The notes beneath the pieces are model-generated. The model saw only the letters and a program-made list of their open reading frames with translations, had not been told where the DNA came from and made no database searches. From positions 86,786 to 150,785 of the forward strand of contig CAVOKV010000006.1 in the NCBI GenBank assembly GCA_963696605.1: DNA of 64,000 nucleotides, in the 5' to 3' direction. The translations under genes and the position numbers were made by a program. This document shows, one piece after another, positions 54,602-62,743 of this stretch. Each line of letters starts with the position of its first letter. The stretch's first letter is position 1. Origin of the DNA: an uncultured Acidobacteriota bacterium (GTDB lineage Bacteria; Acidobacteriota; Terriglobia; Acidiferrales; UBA7541).

Positions 54602-55666
54602 ATGCGCAAGAGGCTTTTCCTTGCGATCGCGGTTGCGGCCGGCTTGGCATCGCCAGTCCTGTGGGCGCAGCAGAAGAAGGCCCTGGAAGTTTATTTCATC
54701 GACGTGGAAGGAGGCCAATCCACGCTCTTCGTATCTCCTAGCGGCCAATCCATGCTGGTTGATACGGGCTGGGCGGGCGTGCGCGACGCGGGGCGCATCG
54801 CCAGTGTCGCGAAACTGGCTGGAGTCAGCCAAATTGACTACCTGGTGCTTACGCACTATCACGGCGATCATGCCGGCGGCGTAGTCGATCTCGCTGGGCT
54901 CATCCCGATACGGCATTTTGTCGACCACGGGCCGAGCGAGGAAGAGACCCGTAACGTCCCGCAAACCTATGCTGCCTATCTGAAAGTTCGCGGCGAAGGA
55001 CAACACATTCTCGCAAAGCCCGGAGACAAAATCCCCGTCCCGGGCATTGATGTCCAGGTGATTTCCTCGGCCGCGGAGACGATTAACAAGCCACTCCCCG
55101 GCGCAGGTGCCGCAAATCCACTGTGCGCGGATTTCGTTCCGAAGGACGAAACCTTGGACCCGCTCGTTGGAGGCGAAAATAAACAGTCGGTAGGGATGGT
55201 GATTTCGCTGGCGAAATTCCGTTTGGGGGATTTCGGCGATTTGACCTGGAACAAAGAACACGATCTGGCCTGCCCGAATAACCTTATCGGCGCTCTCGAC
55301 GTGTACGTCGTTTCGCATCACGGTCAGGACATCTCCAGCCTGCCGATGCTGGTGCACGCAGAGCATCCCCGCGTGGCGATCATGGATAACGGAGCGAAAA
55401 AAGGCGGCGCGGTGGCCACCTTCGAGACGCTGAAGTCATCCCCCGGGCTGGAGGATCTCTGGCAGTTGCACTACGCCGAGGATGCCGGAGACCACAACAT
55501 GCCGGAGAAGTTCATCGCCAACCAGGGAACGGGCGGAACGGCCGCGTCTGGGGTCCCCGAGGAGGGCGCCGTGAATTACATACAATTGGCGGCGCGGCCG
55601 GACGGCAGCTTTACAGTGAAAAACAGCCGGAATGGATTCGAGAAAAATTACAATCCAAAACAATAG
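54602..55666 (+). CDS. exported metallo-beta-lactamase fold hydrolase (ComEC-type MBL domain)
   Basis: 354 aa. GGAGGAGG SD. Signal peptide. LVLTHYHGDHAGG (HxHxDH). Confidence 0.88.
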   Translation: MRKRLFLAIAVAAGLASPVLWAQQKKALEVYFIDVEGGQSTLFVSPSGQSMLVDTGWAGVRDAGRIASVAKLAGVSQIDYLVLTHYHGDHAGGVVDLAGLIPIRHFVDHGPSEEETRNVPQTYAAYLKVRGEGQHILAKPGDKIPVPGIDVQVISSAAETINKPLPGAGAANPLCADFVPKDETLDPLVGGENKQSVGMVISLAKFRLGDFGDLTWNKEHDLACPNNLIGALDVYVVSHHGQDISSLPMLVHAEHPRVAIMDNGAKKGGAVATFETLKSSPGLEDLWQLHYAEDAGDHNMPEKFIANQGTGGTAASGVPEEGAVNYIQLAARPDGSFTVKNSRNGFEKNYNPKQ

Positions 55667-55809
55667 TGCGTGCCCTCTTATGTAAGTTGACCGCGCCCAC
55701 AGCTAAACTATTCACAATAAATGGGTTCCAGTCAACCGGCATTACCCAAAATGGAACACGGGAAAGCTCTCCTGCTGGCCAGGAGCGGCGTTAGGTGTTA
55801 TTATGAGGC

Positions 55810-56037
55810 ATGAGTAAAGCTTACAGAATTGTCTTTGCGTGCCCCAAAGGTGGGCACAATATCAATTTGCAGCGAAAGTGCTCCAAGCCGGCTCTCTCGG
55901 AAAATGAGGCGATGAAGATTTTCGGGCAAGAGGAGATTGTCTGCGACAGCCCGCGATGCGGCTGGCACGGCAAGGTTTCGAAAACGAGGCTTCTGCGGAT
56001 CCTTCCTTTCGATTGGATCTTCTCGCCCGTAAATTGA
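55810..56037 (+). CDS. small hypothetical protein with Cys4-type zinc-ribbon pattern
   Basis: 75 aa. CPKGGH ... C ... CDSPRC. Poor SD spacing and lower GC than the surroundings. Coding status is uncertain. Confidence 0.45.
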   Translation: MSKAYRIVFACPKGGHNINLQRKCSKPALSENEAMKIFGQEEIVCDSPRCGWHGKVSKTRLLRILPFDWIFSPVN

Positions 56038-56185
56038 CCTGCTTCATCGCCCTTTTGCCGAATGACCTAGCGCCACGGGGCGGTCCCTGCCATTCCCATT
56101 CGCTGGATATCCCTAGGACAGGGAGTGTCAGCGTGCTAGAATGCAGCTGAGATTGTTGCTCTTGTAAACCTTTAGATTTCTTGGA

Positions 56186-56219
56186 GGCCTGCAAGTCCAC
56201 ACTTGCAGGCCATTTTTTT
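56186..56219 (+). terminator. strong intrinsic terminator
   Basis: GGCCTGCAAG-TCCACA-CTTGCAGGCC (10-bp perfect stem) followed by ATTTTTTT. Confidence 0.85.
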
Positions 56220-56287
56220 GGCAGGAGCGATTGGATTCACGCCCAAGCGCCCAGGCATCCCAAGTGTGTTCCGCGCGAGGAGGCACC

Positions 56288-56512
56288 TTGAAAGCACTCG
56301 AAGAAGGCGCGTATATCAAGCATTTCCAGTACGGTCTGGGCGTCGTCACCGAATCCAATTCCGACCGTACTTCCATCGATTTCGACCTTCATGGCCTGAA
56401 GAAATTCGTCACCAGCATTATGATCGTCGACGCCGCGGAAGGAACACCACCCAAGCGGCGGCGAGCCAAGAAAATCAAGAAAACAGCCGCGCTTGCCGCG
56501 GGCGCCAAGTGA
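56288..56512 (+). CDS. small protein: Tudor/SH3-like module (UvrD/PcrA C-terminal or DUF3553-like) plus Lys/Arg-rich tail
   Basis: 74 aa from TTG 56288 (GGAGG 4 nt upstream). G-AYIKHFQYGLGVV...IDF..HGLKKF pattern. Tail PPKRRRAKKIKK. The stop overlaps the next start (GTGA). Confidence 0.6.
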   Translation: MKALEEGAYIKHFQYGLGVVTESNSDRTSIDFDLHGLKKFVTSIMIVDAAEGTPPKRRRAKKIKKTAALAAGAK

Positions 56513-56838
56513 GCCACGAAATCATCGTGCAATTCCTCGGGTATGAAGTGAAGCCGCAGGTCCGCGAATACACCTTCTCTGTGCGGGAAGCATCGACCGA
56601 CCCTCGCGAATTCACGCTTACGATTCCGACGGAAGCCTTCAATGACCATCTGCTGCGCATTCAGGACGCGCCGGATGTTTGCTCGCGGAAGCTCCGCCGT
56701 GAACTGGCGGCAAATGCAAACCATCCGCTGGAAACTCACTACGCCATTACCAACGCGGAGCTGGAGGATTACCGCAGCGCCCGCGCGCCTCGAACGCCCC
56801 GATCCCCTTTTAGCCGCAAGCCCGTCGAAGATTTTTAA
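56509..56838 (+). CDS. small hypothetical protein, translationally coupled to the preceding gene
   Basis: 109 aa from GTG 56509. The protein-like sequence begins exactly at the GTGA overlap. Upstream of that, the same frame is Arg-rich junk. Confidence 0.55.
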   Translation: MSHEIIVQFLGYEVKPQVREYTFSVREASTDPREFTLTIPTEAFNDHLLRIQDAPDVCSRKLRRELAANANHPLETHYAITNAELEDYRSARAPRTPRSPFSRKPVEDF

Positions 56839-56930
56839 GAGTTGTGTAGCGCCTACACCTCGCGGGGAGTGGATCAAACCCTTAGCTACCCATCATTTGG
56901 AATTGTTGCGTGAAATCGGGGAAATCGCCG

Positions 56931-57281
56931 TCACTCGTTGCGATTCTTCAGAAGTTGCCGGACGGTCATGTTTAGCAGGCTAAGTATCAAACCTCCCCAG
57001 AAAGCCGGCCACAAGCCGCGCACCTCGAAACCGGGCACGAACAGCGCCGCGAACTTCAGCATCAACGCGTTAATCAGCAGCCAGAAAATGCCAAACGTGA
57101 GGATGGTGAGAGGGAATGTAAGAATTTTCAGCAGCATGCCGATCGTTCCGTTAACCAGGCCAATGACCACTGCTGCTATCAGGGCCGTCCCAAATCCTCT
57201 CACGAAGAATCCTGGGACAAAATGCGCTACCAGCAGCAGGCACAGTGCGCTCAAGATCCAATGCGCCAGTAATTTTGTCAT
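56931..57281 (-). CDS. phage holin family 4 / YvlD (DUF360)-like small membrane protein
   Basis: 116 aa with 4 TM. VPGF...GF..A..AA.V.GL.N motif duplicated. GGAGAA SD. Confidence 0.8.
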   Translation of the reverse strand: MTKLLAHWILSALCLLLVAHFVPGFFVRGFGTALIAAVVIGLVNGTIGMLLKILTFPLTILTFGIFWLLINALMLKFAALFVPGFEVRGLWPAFWGGLILSLLNMTVRQLLKNRNE

Positions 57282-57529
57282 CTAATTCTCCGTATCCTCA
57301 TTTGGAAGACTCAGCCGTTCATCGCCGCAAATCACTTGAAATAGTACGATGGGTCGGACGATTCGTACACGTTTTCCAGTCAATTCCACCCCTGGCCCTA
57401 TTCCCTGCCGCGTCGCTTATCGAGAAATTTGCGGCGTAAATCATTTTGGGTTTATCGGGGCGGCCCGCGGGTGTATAAGTGTGCCCGGCCGGGAAGTCAA
57501 AACTGAAATACTGAAAAGGAGAGGTTCGT

Positions 57530-58078
57530 ATGCGCACTCTTGGAATCAGTCTGGTGCTGGTGGTCATAGCGGGCGTGATTGCAATGGCGGGGAAACCGGC
57601 CGTATCCGCGGCTTCCGCAGCGCTGCCATCAGCGCCCGCAGCACAAATGGACGCGTCGACGATGAATACGTTTTCGTCCGCTGCAGATGTGCAGGCCTTG
57701 TTGGCGAAAGCCAAGGCGGAACGGAAGGAAGGCCAGGTCATGGTCGCGGAACACATTCTTTCCCTCGCCCCGTATACCGCGAATCTGGAATACCGGCCCA
57801 TCGAGGGAGCCGTCGCTGTTCACGAAAAAGAAGCGGAAATGGTCTATGTGATCGACGGGGGGGGAACGCTGACTACCGGCGGCACCGTGGTTGGCGAAAA
57901 ACGCACCAACGCGACGAATCTTTCGGGCACGGCGATCGATGGCGGAACCATCCGGACGATTGCCAAAGGGGACTTCGCGATCATTCCAGAAGGCACGCCG
58001 CACCAGTTCAAGCCCGCCAACGGACTGCTCGTGATGATGACGCTGCATGTGCCGCGGCCGGTTGGCGCCACACAGTAA
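57530..58078 (+). CDS. exported cupin-like protein (tandem paralog 1)
   Basis: 182 aa. AAAGGAGAGG SD. Signal/anchor helix. HEKEAEMVYVIDGGGTLTTGGTVVG ... GDFAIIPEGTPHQF. Confidence 0.8.
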   Translation: MRTLGISLVLVVIAGVIAMAGKPAVSAASAALPSAPAAQMDASTMNTFSSAADVQALLAKAKAERKEGQVMVAEHILSLAPYTANLEYRPIEGAVAVHEKEAEMVYVIDGGGTLTTGGTVVGEKRTNATNLSGTAIDGGTIRTIAKGDFAIIPEGTPHQFKPANGLLVMMTLHVPRPVGATQ

Positions 58079-58120
58079 AGCATGACCTGAAATAAGAACT
58101 CGAGTTGGGAAGGGGAAAAA

Positions 58121-58576
58121 ATGAAATTTACGCTCGCGAAAATTGCATTGTTCGCGGTGTTTGTCCTGCTGACCGCTTCCGCGGCCTCCACAGGAGAGGG
58201 TGTTCCGGCCGCAGTTCACTACATCCCCCACGACCAGGCCGCAGCGGTGATGGCCAAGGGCGGCCCGATCGTGAGCGATCCGGGTCTGGTCGTGCTGGCC
58301 AATCGTCGGGAAGCAGGCGCGGTCGAATACCATGAGCATACTAATCACATCTTCATCATGGTCGATGGGGAGGGAACGTTCATTACAGGTGGAACGATGG
58401 TCGGCCCCCAACGAACCAGTCCCGACCAGATGAGGGCAACATCCATCGCTGGTGGACAGACTTTCCATTTGAGCAAGGGCGACGTCATCACGATTCCTGC
58501 AAGGACTCCGCACTGGTGGAAAGAAATCCCGACGAAGACTGTCGGCTACTACGCGATCAACATCGAGAGTAATTGA
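58121..58576 (+). CDS. exported cupin-like protein (tandem paralog 2)
   Basis: 151 aa. Signal peptide. HEHTNHIFIMVDGEGTFITGGTMVG ... GDVITIPARTPHWW, colinear with the upstream gene. Confidence 0.8.
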   Translation: MKFTLAKIALFAVFVLLTASAASTGEGVPAAVHYIPHDQAAAVMAKGGPIVSDPGLVVLANRREAGAVEYHEHTNHIFIMVDGEGTFITGGTMVGPQRTSPDQMRATSIAGGQTFHLSKGDVITIPARTPHWWKEIPTKTVGYYAINIESN

Positions 58577-58609
58577 GTAAGGTCGGCGAATAGATCCATT
58601 CCATCCATA

Positions 58610-59467
58610 TCACTGCAGACGAAATGTCACTTCGAGCGGCATTCGCGTAGCGAAAGGCTTTCCGTCCTTCCCAATCGCTGCCTTGAAGCGCCAGGCGCGG
58701 ATCGCTTCCACCGCATCATCCGTGAGGCCGTCCGCCAGACCGTCAATTACGCCGATGTGATCGGTTACTCCTTGTTCCGTGACCGTCGCGATGAGAAGGA
58801 CGCGGCCTTGAATTCTGTCAGCTTGCGCCTGGGCGGTATACGGCGGATTCGGGCATCTGTTGCACGCGGGAAATTCGATGACGGAATTCCGTGACTGCTT
58901 GCCCCTCGGGATGATCACAGAGTTTCCGCTCTCAGGATCTTTGAATACAAGCGGTTCTCCGCTGGAATCGGCCGCGGGTCGCGTTATCTTGGCGCGGAAT
59001 TGGTCGAGCTTCTTTTGTTGCACGGCGTCGAATACTTCGCTGATCAACTCGTAGCCATCACTTTGCCACTCCAAGGTATCTGTCACGAGAATATCGGCGC
59101 CCGCCGAGGTGGCCACCGCTTTCAGCACTTCAGGAAAGGATGCGTCGAGCGCGATGAACCCTCTGCCTTCAAGTATGTTGATCACGTTCTCGCGCTTCAC
59201 AAGGTGAACGCCGGGAATTGCTTTTTCCAGGTTGGCGCGCAACGATGCCTCGAACAAAGTGCAAACTTCCGTATCTAGTTGGCATTCTTTAAGGCCGGCG
59301 ACGAAAATGTGTTGCTGGCGCGTCTTTGAAATACGCTGGGCTGTCCGGCTGGCGAGCGCTTCTATTTCCTTGGGTGTCTGCGCAACAGCAGAGCTTGAAA
59401 AAACGCACAATGCGGGGACGCACAAAAAGACGGACGTGAGCGCTATTTTGAGTAACCGAGGCATCAT
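58610..59467 (-). CDS. exported protein with C-terminal TonB-type domain
   Basis: 285 aa from ATG 59467 (the track ORF extends to 59770). Signal peptide. C-terminus YTAQAQADRIQGRVLLIATV...G.V......G...GL...A..A....RFKAA...GKP. Confidence 0.75.
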   Translation of the reverse strand: MMPRLLKIALTSVFLCVPALCVFSSSAVAQTPKEIEALASRTAQRISKTRQQHIFVAGLKECQLDTEVCTLFEASLRANLEKAIPGVHLVKRENVINILEGRGFIALDASFPEVLKAVATSAGADILVTDTLEWQSDGYELISEVFDAVQQKKLDQFRAKITRPAADSSGEPLVFKDPESGNSVIIPRGKQSRNSVIEFPACNRCPNPPYTAQAQADRIQGRVLLIATVTEQGVTDHIGVIDGLADGLTDDAVEAIRAWRFKAAIGKDGKPFATRMPLEVTFRLQ

Positions 59468-59623
59468 GCTTTCCTTGTCGGCCGGAATCGGCGTCGAGCG
59501 CAGATTGTAGGCTGCCGGATGCCTGCTTTCAACCGTGACTCGCCGGGGCTGGAAACTCACTTGCCGAGTGATAGAATCCACGCAACGCATCCGATTCGTG
59601 CGGCTATCCAAGGGGGGAGAATT

Positions 59624-60694
59624 ATGGGCATTGCAAGGCGACCAAAATTCGAGCTGGCAGCGAGTATTGTGATCCTTGCGGTTTCCGGCGTGAACGCGCG
59701 GGCGCAGGCCAGCTATGCCCCTCCGAATGATCTGCCCAATCCGTATCGAACCGTTACCAACTGGGCGCAATTGCCCGACGGAAGGAAGTGGGGGTCGACC
59801 TCGGGCGTGACGATCAGCCCGGAAGGCAAAATCTGGACTTATGACCGGTGCGGGGGAAATAGCTGCGCAAATTCAAACCTCGCTCCCATTCTCGAGTTTG
59901 ATCCTTCAGGCAAACTTCTGAAAAATTTTGGCGCGGGAATGTTCATCCTTCCGCATGGAATTTACGCGGACAAAGACGGAAACGTGTGGGTGACCGACGG
60001 GGTCGGAGGAATGGCCACGAGTGACGACGTGGGCAAACACGGAAAGGGCCATCAGATATTCAAATTCAGCCCCGACGGAAAAGTTTTGATGACACTCGGC
60101 AAGGCCGGCGTCCCCGGCAACACCCCGGACACATTCAACCGGCCCTCGGCGGTGATCGTAGCTCCCAACGGCGACATTTTTGTCGCGGACGGACACGGAT
60201 CTCCGCCGAATTCCGTGGTCAACGCGCGCATCGTGAAGTTCTCAAAGGATGGGAAATTCATAAAGGAGTGGGGAGAGCTGGGGACCGCCCCCGGCGAATT
60301 CAACGGGCCTCACGCCCTGGCTTTCGATTCCAAGGGACGGCTTTTTGTCGGCGACCGTTCCAACAACCGCATCCAGATCTTCACTGAGGACGGCAAATTT
60401 ATCGCCGAGTGGAAGCAGTTTGGAAGGCCGAGCGGAATTTTCATCGACAAAGACGACACTATGTATGTGGCTGACTCGGAGTCCACGGACCAGCCGGGCT
60501 ACGGGTATAACCCGGGATGCATGAGGGGGATCCGGATCGGCAGCGTTAAGGACGGCAAAGTCACGGCCTTCATCCCAGACCCAGCGCCGAAGGGAGCGTC
60601 CAGCGCGGCGGAAGGCGTAGCGGTGGACCACCAGGGAAATGTATACGGAGCGGAGGTCGGCCCGATGGATTTGAAGAAGTACGTCAAGAAGTAA
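59624..60694 (+). CDS. exported NHL-repeat (PAL-like) beta-propeller
   Basis: 356 aa from ATG 59624 (GGGGGGAGA SD). Colinear paralog of the N-terminal 345 aa of 32840..34447. Ends ...AEVGPMDLKKYVKK. Confidence 0.88.
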   Translation: MGIARRPKFELAASIVILAVSGVNARAQASYAPPNDLPNPYRTVTNWAQLPDGRKWGSTSGVTISPEGKIWTYDRCGGNSCANSNLAPILEFDPSGKLLKNFGAGMFILPHGIYADKDGNVWVTDGVGGMATSDDVGKHGKGHQIFKFSPDGKVLMTLGKAGVPGNTPDTFNRPSAVIVAPNGDIFVADGHGSPPNSVVNARIVKFSKDGKFIKEWGELGTAPGEFNGPHALAFDSKGRLFVGDRSNNRIQIFTEDGKFIAEWKQFGRPSGIFIDKDDTMYVADSESTDQPGYGYNPGCMRGIRIGSVKDGKVTAFIPDPAPKGASSAAEGVAVDHQGNVYGAEVGPMDLKKYVKK

Positions 60695-60772
60695 TGCGAT
60701 TTCTGCGTTGCGCTTTTCGGTTTTCACCACAGAGGACACAGAGGAAAACCGAGGATTCCAATTCAAAACCAT

Positions 60773-61432
60773 ATGCGAATTCTAAAAGCGCTTCTCATTG
60801 CATTTTTGTTGCTCTCGCCTGCAAACCGGACGGGGGCTGCCCCGGCAGACAAACGCAAGCCCGGGCTGTACTGGACGCTCGAAACGGACAAAGGGAAAAT
60901 CTCCTGCAAACTTTTCGAGGCCGAAGCGCCCGTTACAGTCCACACCATGGTGGGCCTGGCCATCGGGAAAATATCGTACGTGCATCCGGAGACAAAGCAA
61001 GTGGAGCGCAAGAAGTTTTTCGACGGACTAATTTTCGACCGCGTGATTCCGGGAGTCATGATTCAAGGCGGCGATCTGCTTGGCACCGGCGTCGGACATC
61101 CCGAGGGACCGGGCTTTCCCTACAAGAGTGAAATCGCCCCGTCTCTGAAATTTGACACGCCCGGGCGTCTGGCCATGGCCAATAGCGGCCCGGATACCAA
61201 CGACACGCATTTCTTCATCACCGAGGCCGCCTATCCGTCGTTCAACGGAAAGTACACGATCTGGGGACAGTGCGAAAATGTGGACGTTGTGAAAGCCATT
61301 GGGCAGGTGCCGCGCGACGCTGGAGATACTCCGGTCACGCCGGTCCATATTCAACAGGTGGTCATCGAGCGCGTAGGCCTTGCTCCCGCCGATGCGCCGG
61401 AAGCTCCGCCGGCCGATTCCCTTTCAAAATAA
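60773..61432 (+). CDS. exported cyclophilin-type peptidyl-prolyl cis-trans isomerase
   Basis: 219 aa. Signal peptide. FDRVIPGVMIQGGD, LAMANSGPDTNDTHFFIT. Confidence 0.92.
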   Translation: MRILKALLIAFLLLSPANRTGAAPADKRKPGLYWTLETDKGKISCKLFEAEAPVTVHTMVGLAIGKISYVHPETKQVERKKFFDGLIFDRVIPGVMIQGGDLLGTGVGHPEGPGFPYKSEIAPSLKFDTPGRLAMANSGPDTNDTHFFITEAAYPSFNGKYTIWGQCENVDVVKAIGQVPRDAGDTPVTPVHIQQVVIERVGLAPADAPEAPPADSLSK

Positions 61433-61526
61433 TTTCACTCTCAAGACCAGTGAAGCTTCACGCGGTGATTTTGCATTGACAGAGCCGAATGGCAATGGGA
61501 TAGTCGCGCGAAATACGAGGTGTTCC

Positions 61527-61925
61527 GTGAAAATTAAGAATTTGGCATTTCTGATGTTCGCTGTTTGGACTTTTGTGTTCTCAGCGCCAGTCTTTGCACA
61601 TCACGGGGCGTCGGTGTATGACTCGACGAAATTGACCACTGTGAAGGGCACGGTCACGGATTTCCAGTTCATGAATCCGCACACGGAAATCTTGTTCGAG
61701 GTGACGGGCGCGAACGGGAAAGTCGAAAAATGGACCGCGGAAGCCCCAAGCCTGACCACTATGTCCCGGATGGGATGGAACAAGACTTTGTTCAAGCCGG
61801 GAGACCAGATCACATTTGTTGGCAACCTCGCGAAAAACGGATCGCATATCATGCGCCTGCGCAAGGTTGTGTTTCCGAACGGCAAGGAAACCGTGATGGA
61901 TCGCGGCGAGGATTACGCGGAGTAG
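61527..61925 (+). CDS. exported DUF6152-like protein
   Basis: 132 aa from GTG 61527 (GAGGTG 5 nt upstream). Signal peptide ending FA|HHGASVYD. KGTVTDFQFMNPH pattern. Confidence 0.75.
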   Translation: MKIKNLAFLMFAVWTFVFSAPVFAHHGASVYDSTKLTTVKGTVTDFQFMNPHTEILFEVTGANGKVEKWTAEAPSLTTMSRMGWNKTLFKPGDQITFVGNLAKNGSHIMRLRKVVFPNGKETVMDRGEDYAE

Positions 61926-61948
61926 CGTCCGCCGGGGGAGTTTCAGGA

Positions 61949-62743
61949 ATGCGCGATCGCATATTGGTTTTGATGCTTGCTGTAGCGGCCGCTTTCGCCT
62001 CAGCGCCCGCGATCCGCGCCCAGACTGCCGACGGAGTCGCGCCAAGCGCCCACGCACAGGCCCCACCCGTGGACCTTTCCGGAGTTTGGCGGCGATCCCG
62101 GCGCGCGCCTGACAAGCTGCGCAAGTACACGATTTACGAGCTGGCGTTTGCCATCACCAGCGAGAAGCCGCCCATGACTCCCTGGGCGGAAGAAAAATTC
62201 AAAGCCAACAAGCCTAACGTCGGACCGAGGGCTGTTTCCTTATCAGAATCAAACGATCCGATCATGCAGTGCTCTCCCCCAGGGGTTCCGAGGATCTATC
62301 TCATTCGAGGGGAACCAGTGGAGATCGCGAATCTCCCTGGCCGTGTGCTGATGCTCTTCGAGTACGATCATTTCGTGCGCAACATCTACACCGATGGGCG
62401 CGAGCATGCTAAGGATTTACCCGGTACATGGATGGGAGACTCGATCGGCAAATGGGATGGAGACACGCTGGTAGTGGACTCTGTGGGTTTTAACGACAAA
62501 ACGTGGCTGGACAACGATGGCCACCCGCACACCGAGGACCTGCACGTTGTGGAGCGCATTCGTCGCGTGAACCACGATACCTTGACGATCGATACCACGA
62601 TCGAAGACCCCAAGGCATATTCCAAACCCTGGGGAGGGCACGCCATCTACGATTTGAAGCCTGGATGGAATCTTGGGGAAATGGTGTGCGAGGACAACAC
62701 TACGTACGGCGACATGCAGCAAAAATCTGAAGGCAAGAAGTAG
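61949..62743 (+). CDS. exported hypothetical protein
   Basis: 264 aa from ATG 61949 (GGGGGAG SD). Signal peptide ...IRAQT. The stop TAG lies inside the GTAG head of repeat J. Confidence 0.75.
   Translation: MRDRILVLMLAVAAAFASAPAIRAQTADGVAPSAHAQAPPVDLSGVWRRSRRAPDKLRKYTIYELAFAITSEKPPMTPWAEEKFKANKPNVGPRAVSLSESNDPIMQCSPPGVPRIYLIRGEPVEIANLPGRVLMLFEYDHFVRNIYTDGREHAKDLPGTWMGDSIGKWDGDTLVVDSVGFNDKTWLDNDGHPHTEDLHVVERIRRVNHDTLTIDTTIEDPKAYSKPWGGHAIYDLKPGWNLGEMVCEDNTTYGDMQQKSEGKK

Noticed and set aside
56218-56242. TTGGCAGGAGCGATTGGA as a sigma-54 promoter for the small-gene pair
   Set aside because: The -12 position carries GG, not GC, at the required spacing. It fails the GG-N10-GC rule.
56848-56862. 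Mini-hairpin GTGTAG-CGC-CTACAC just after the 56509..56838 stop. I wondered whether it might be an empty REPIN site.
   Set aside because: It is only a 6-bp stem with no internal REP arms. The GTAG/CTAC resemblance could be chance, and nothing further supports it.
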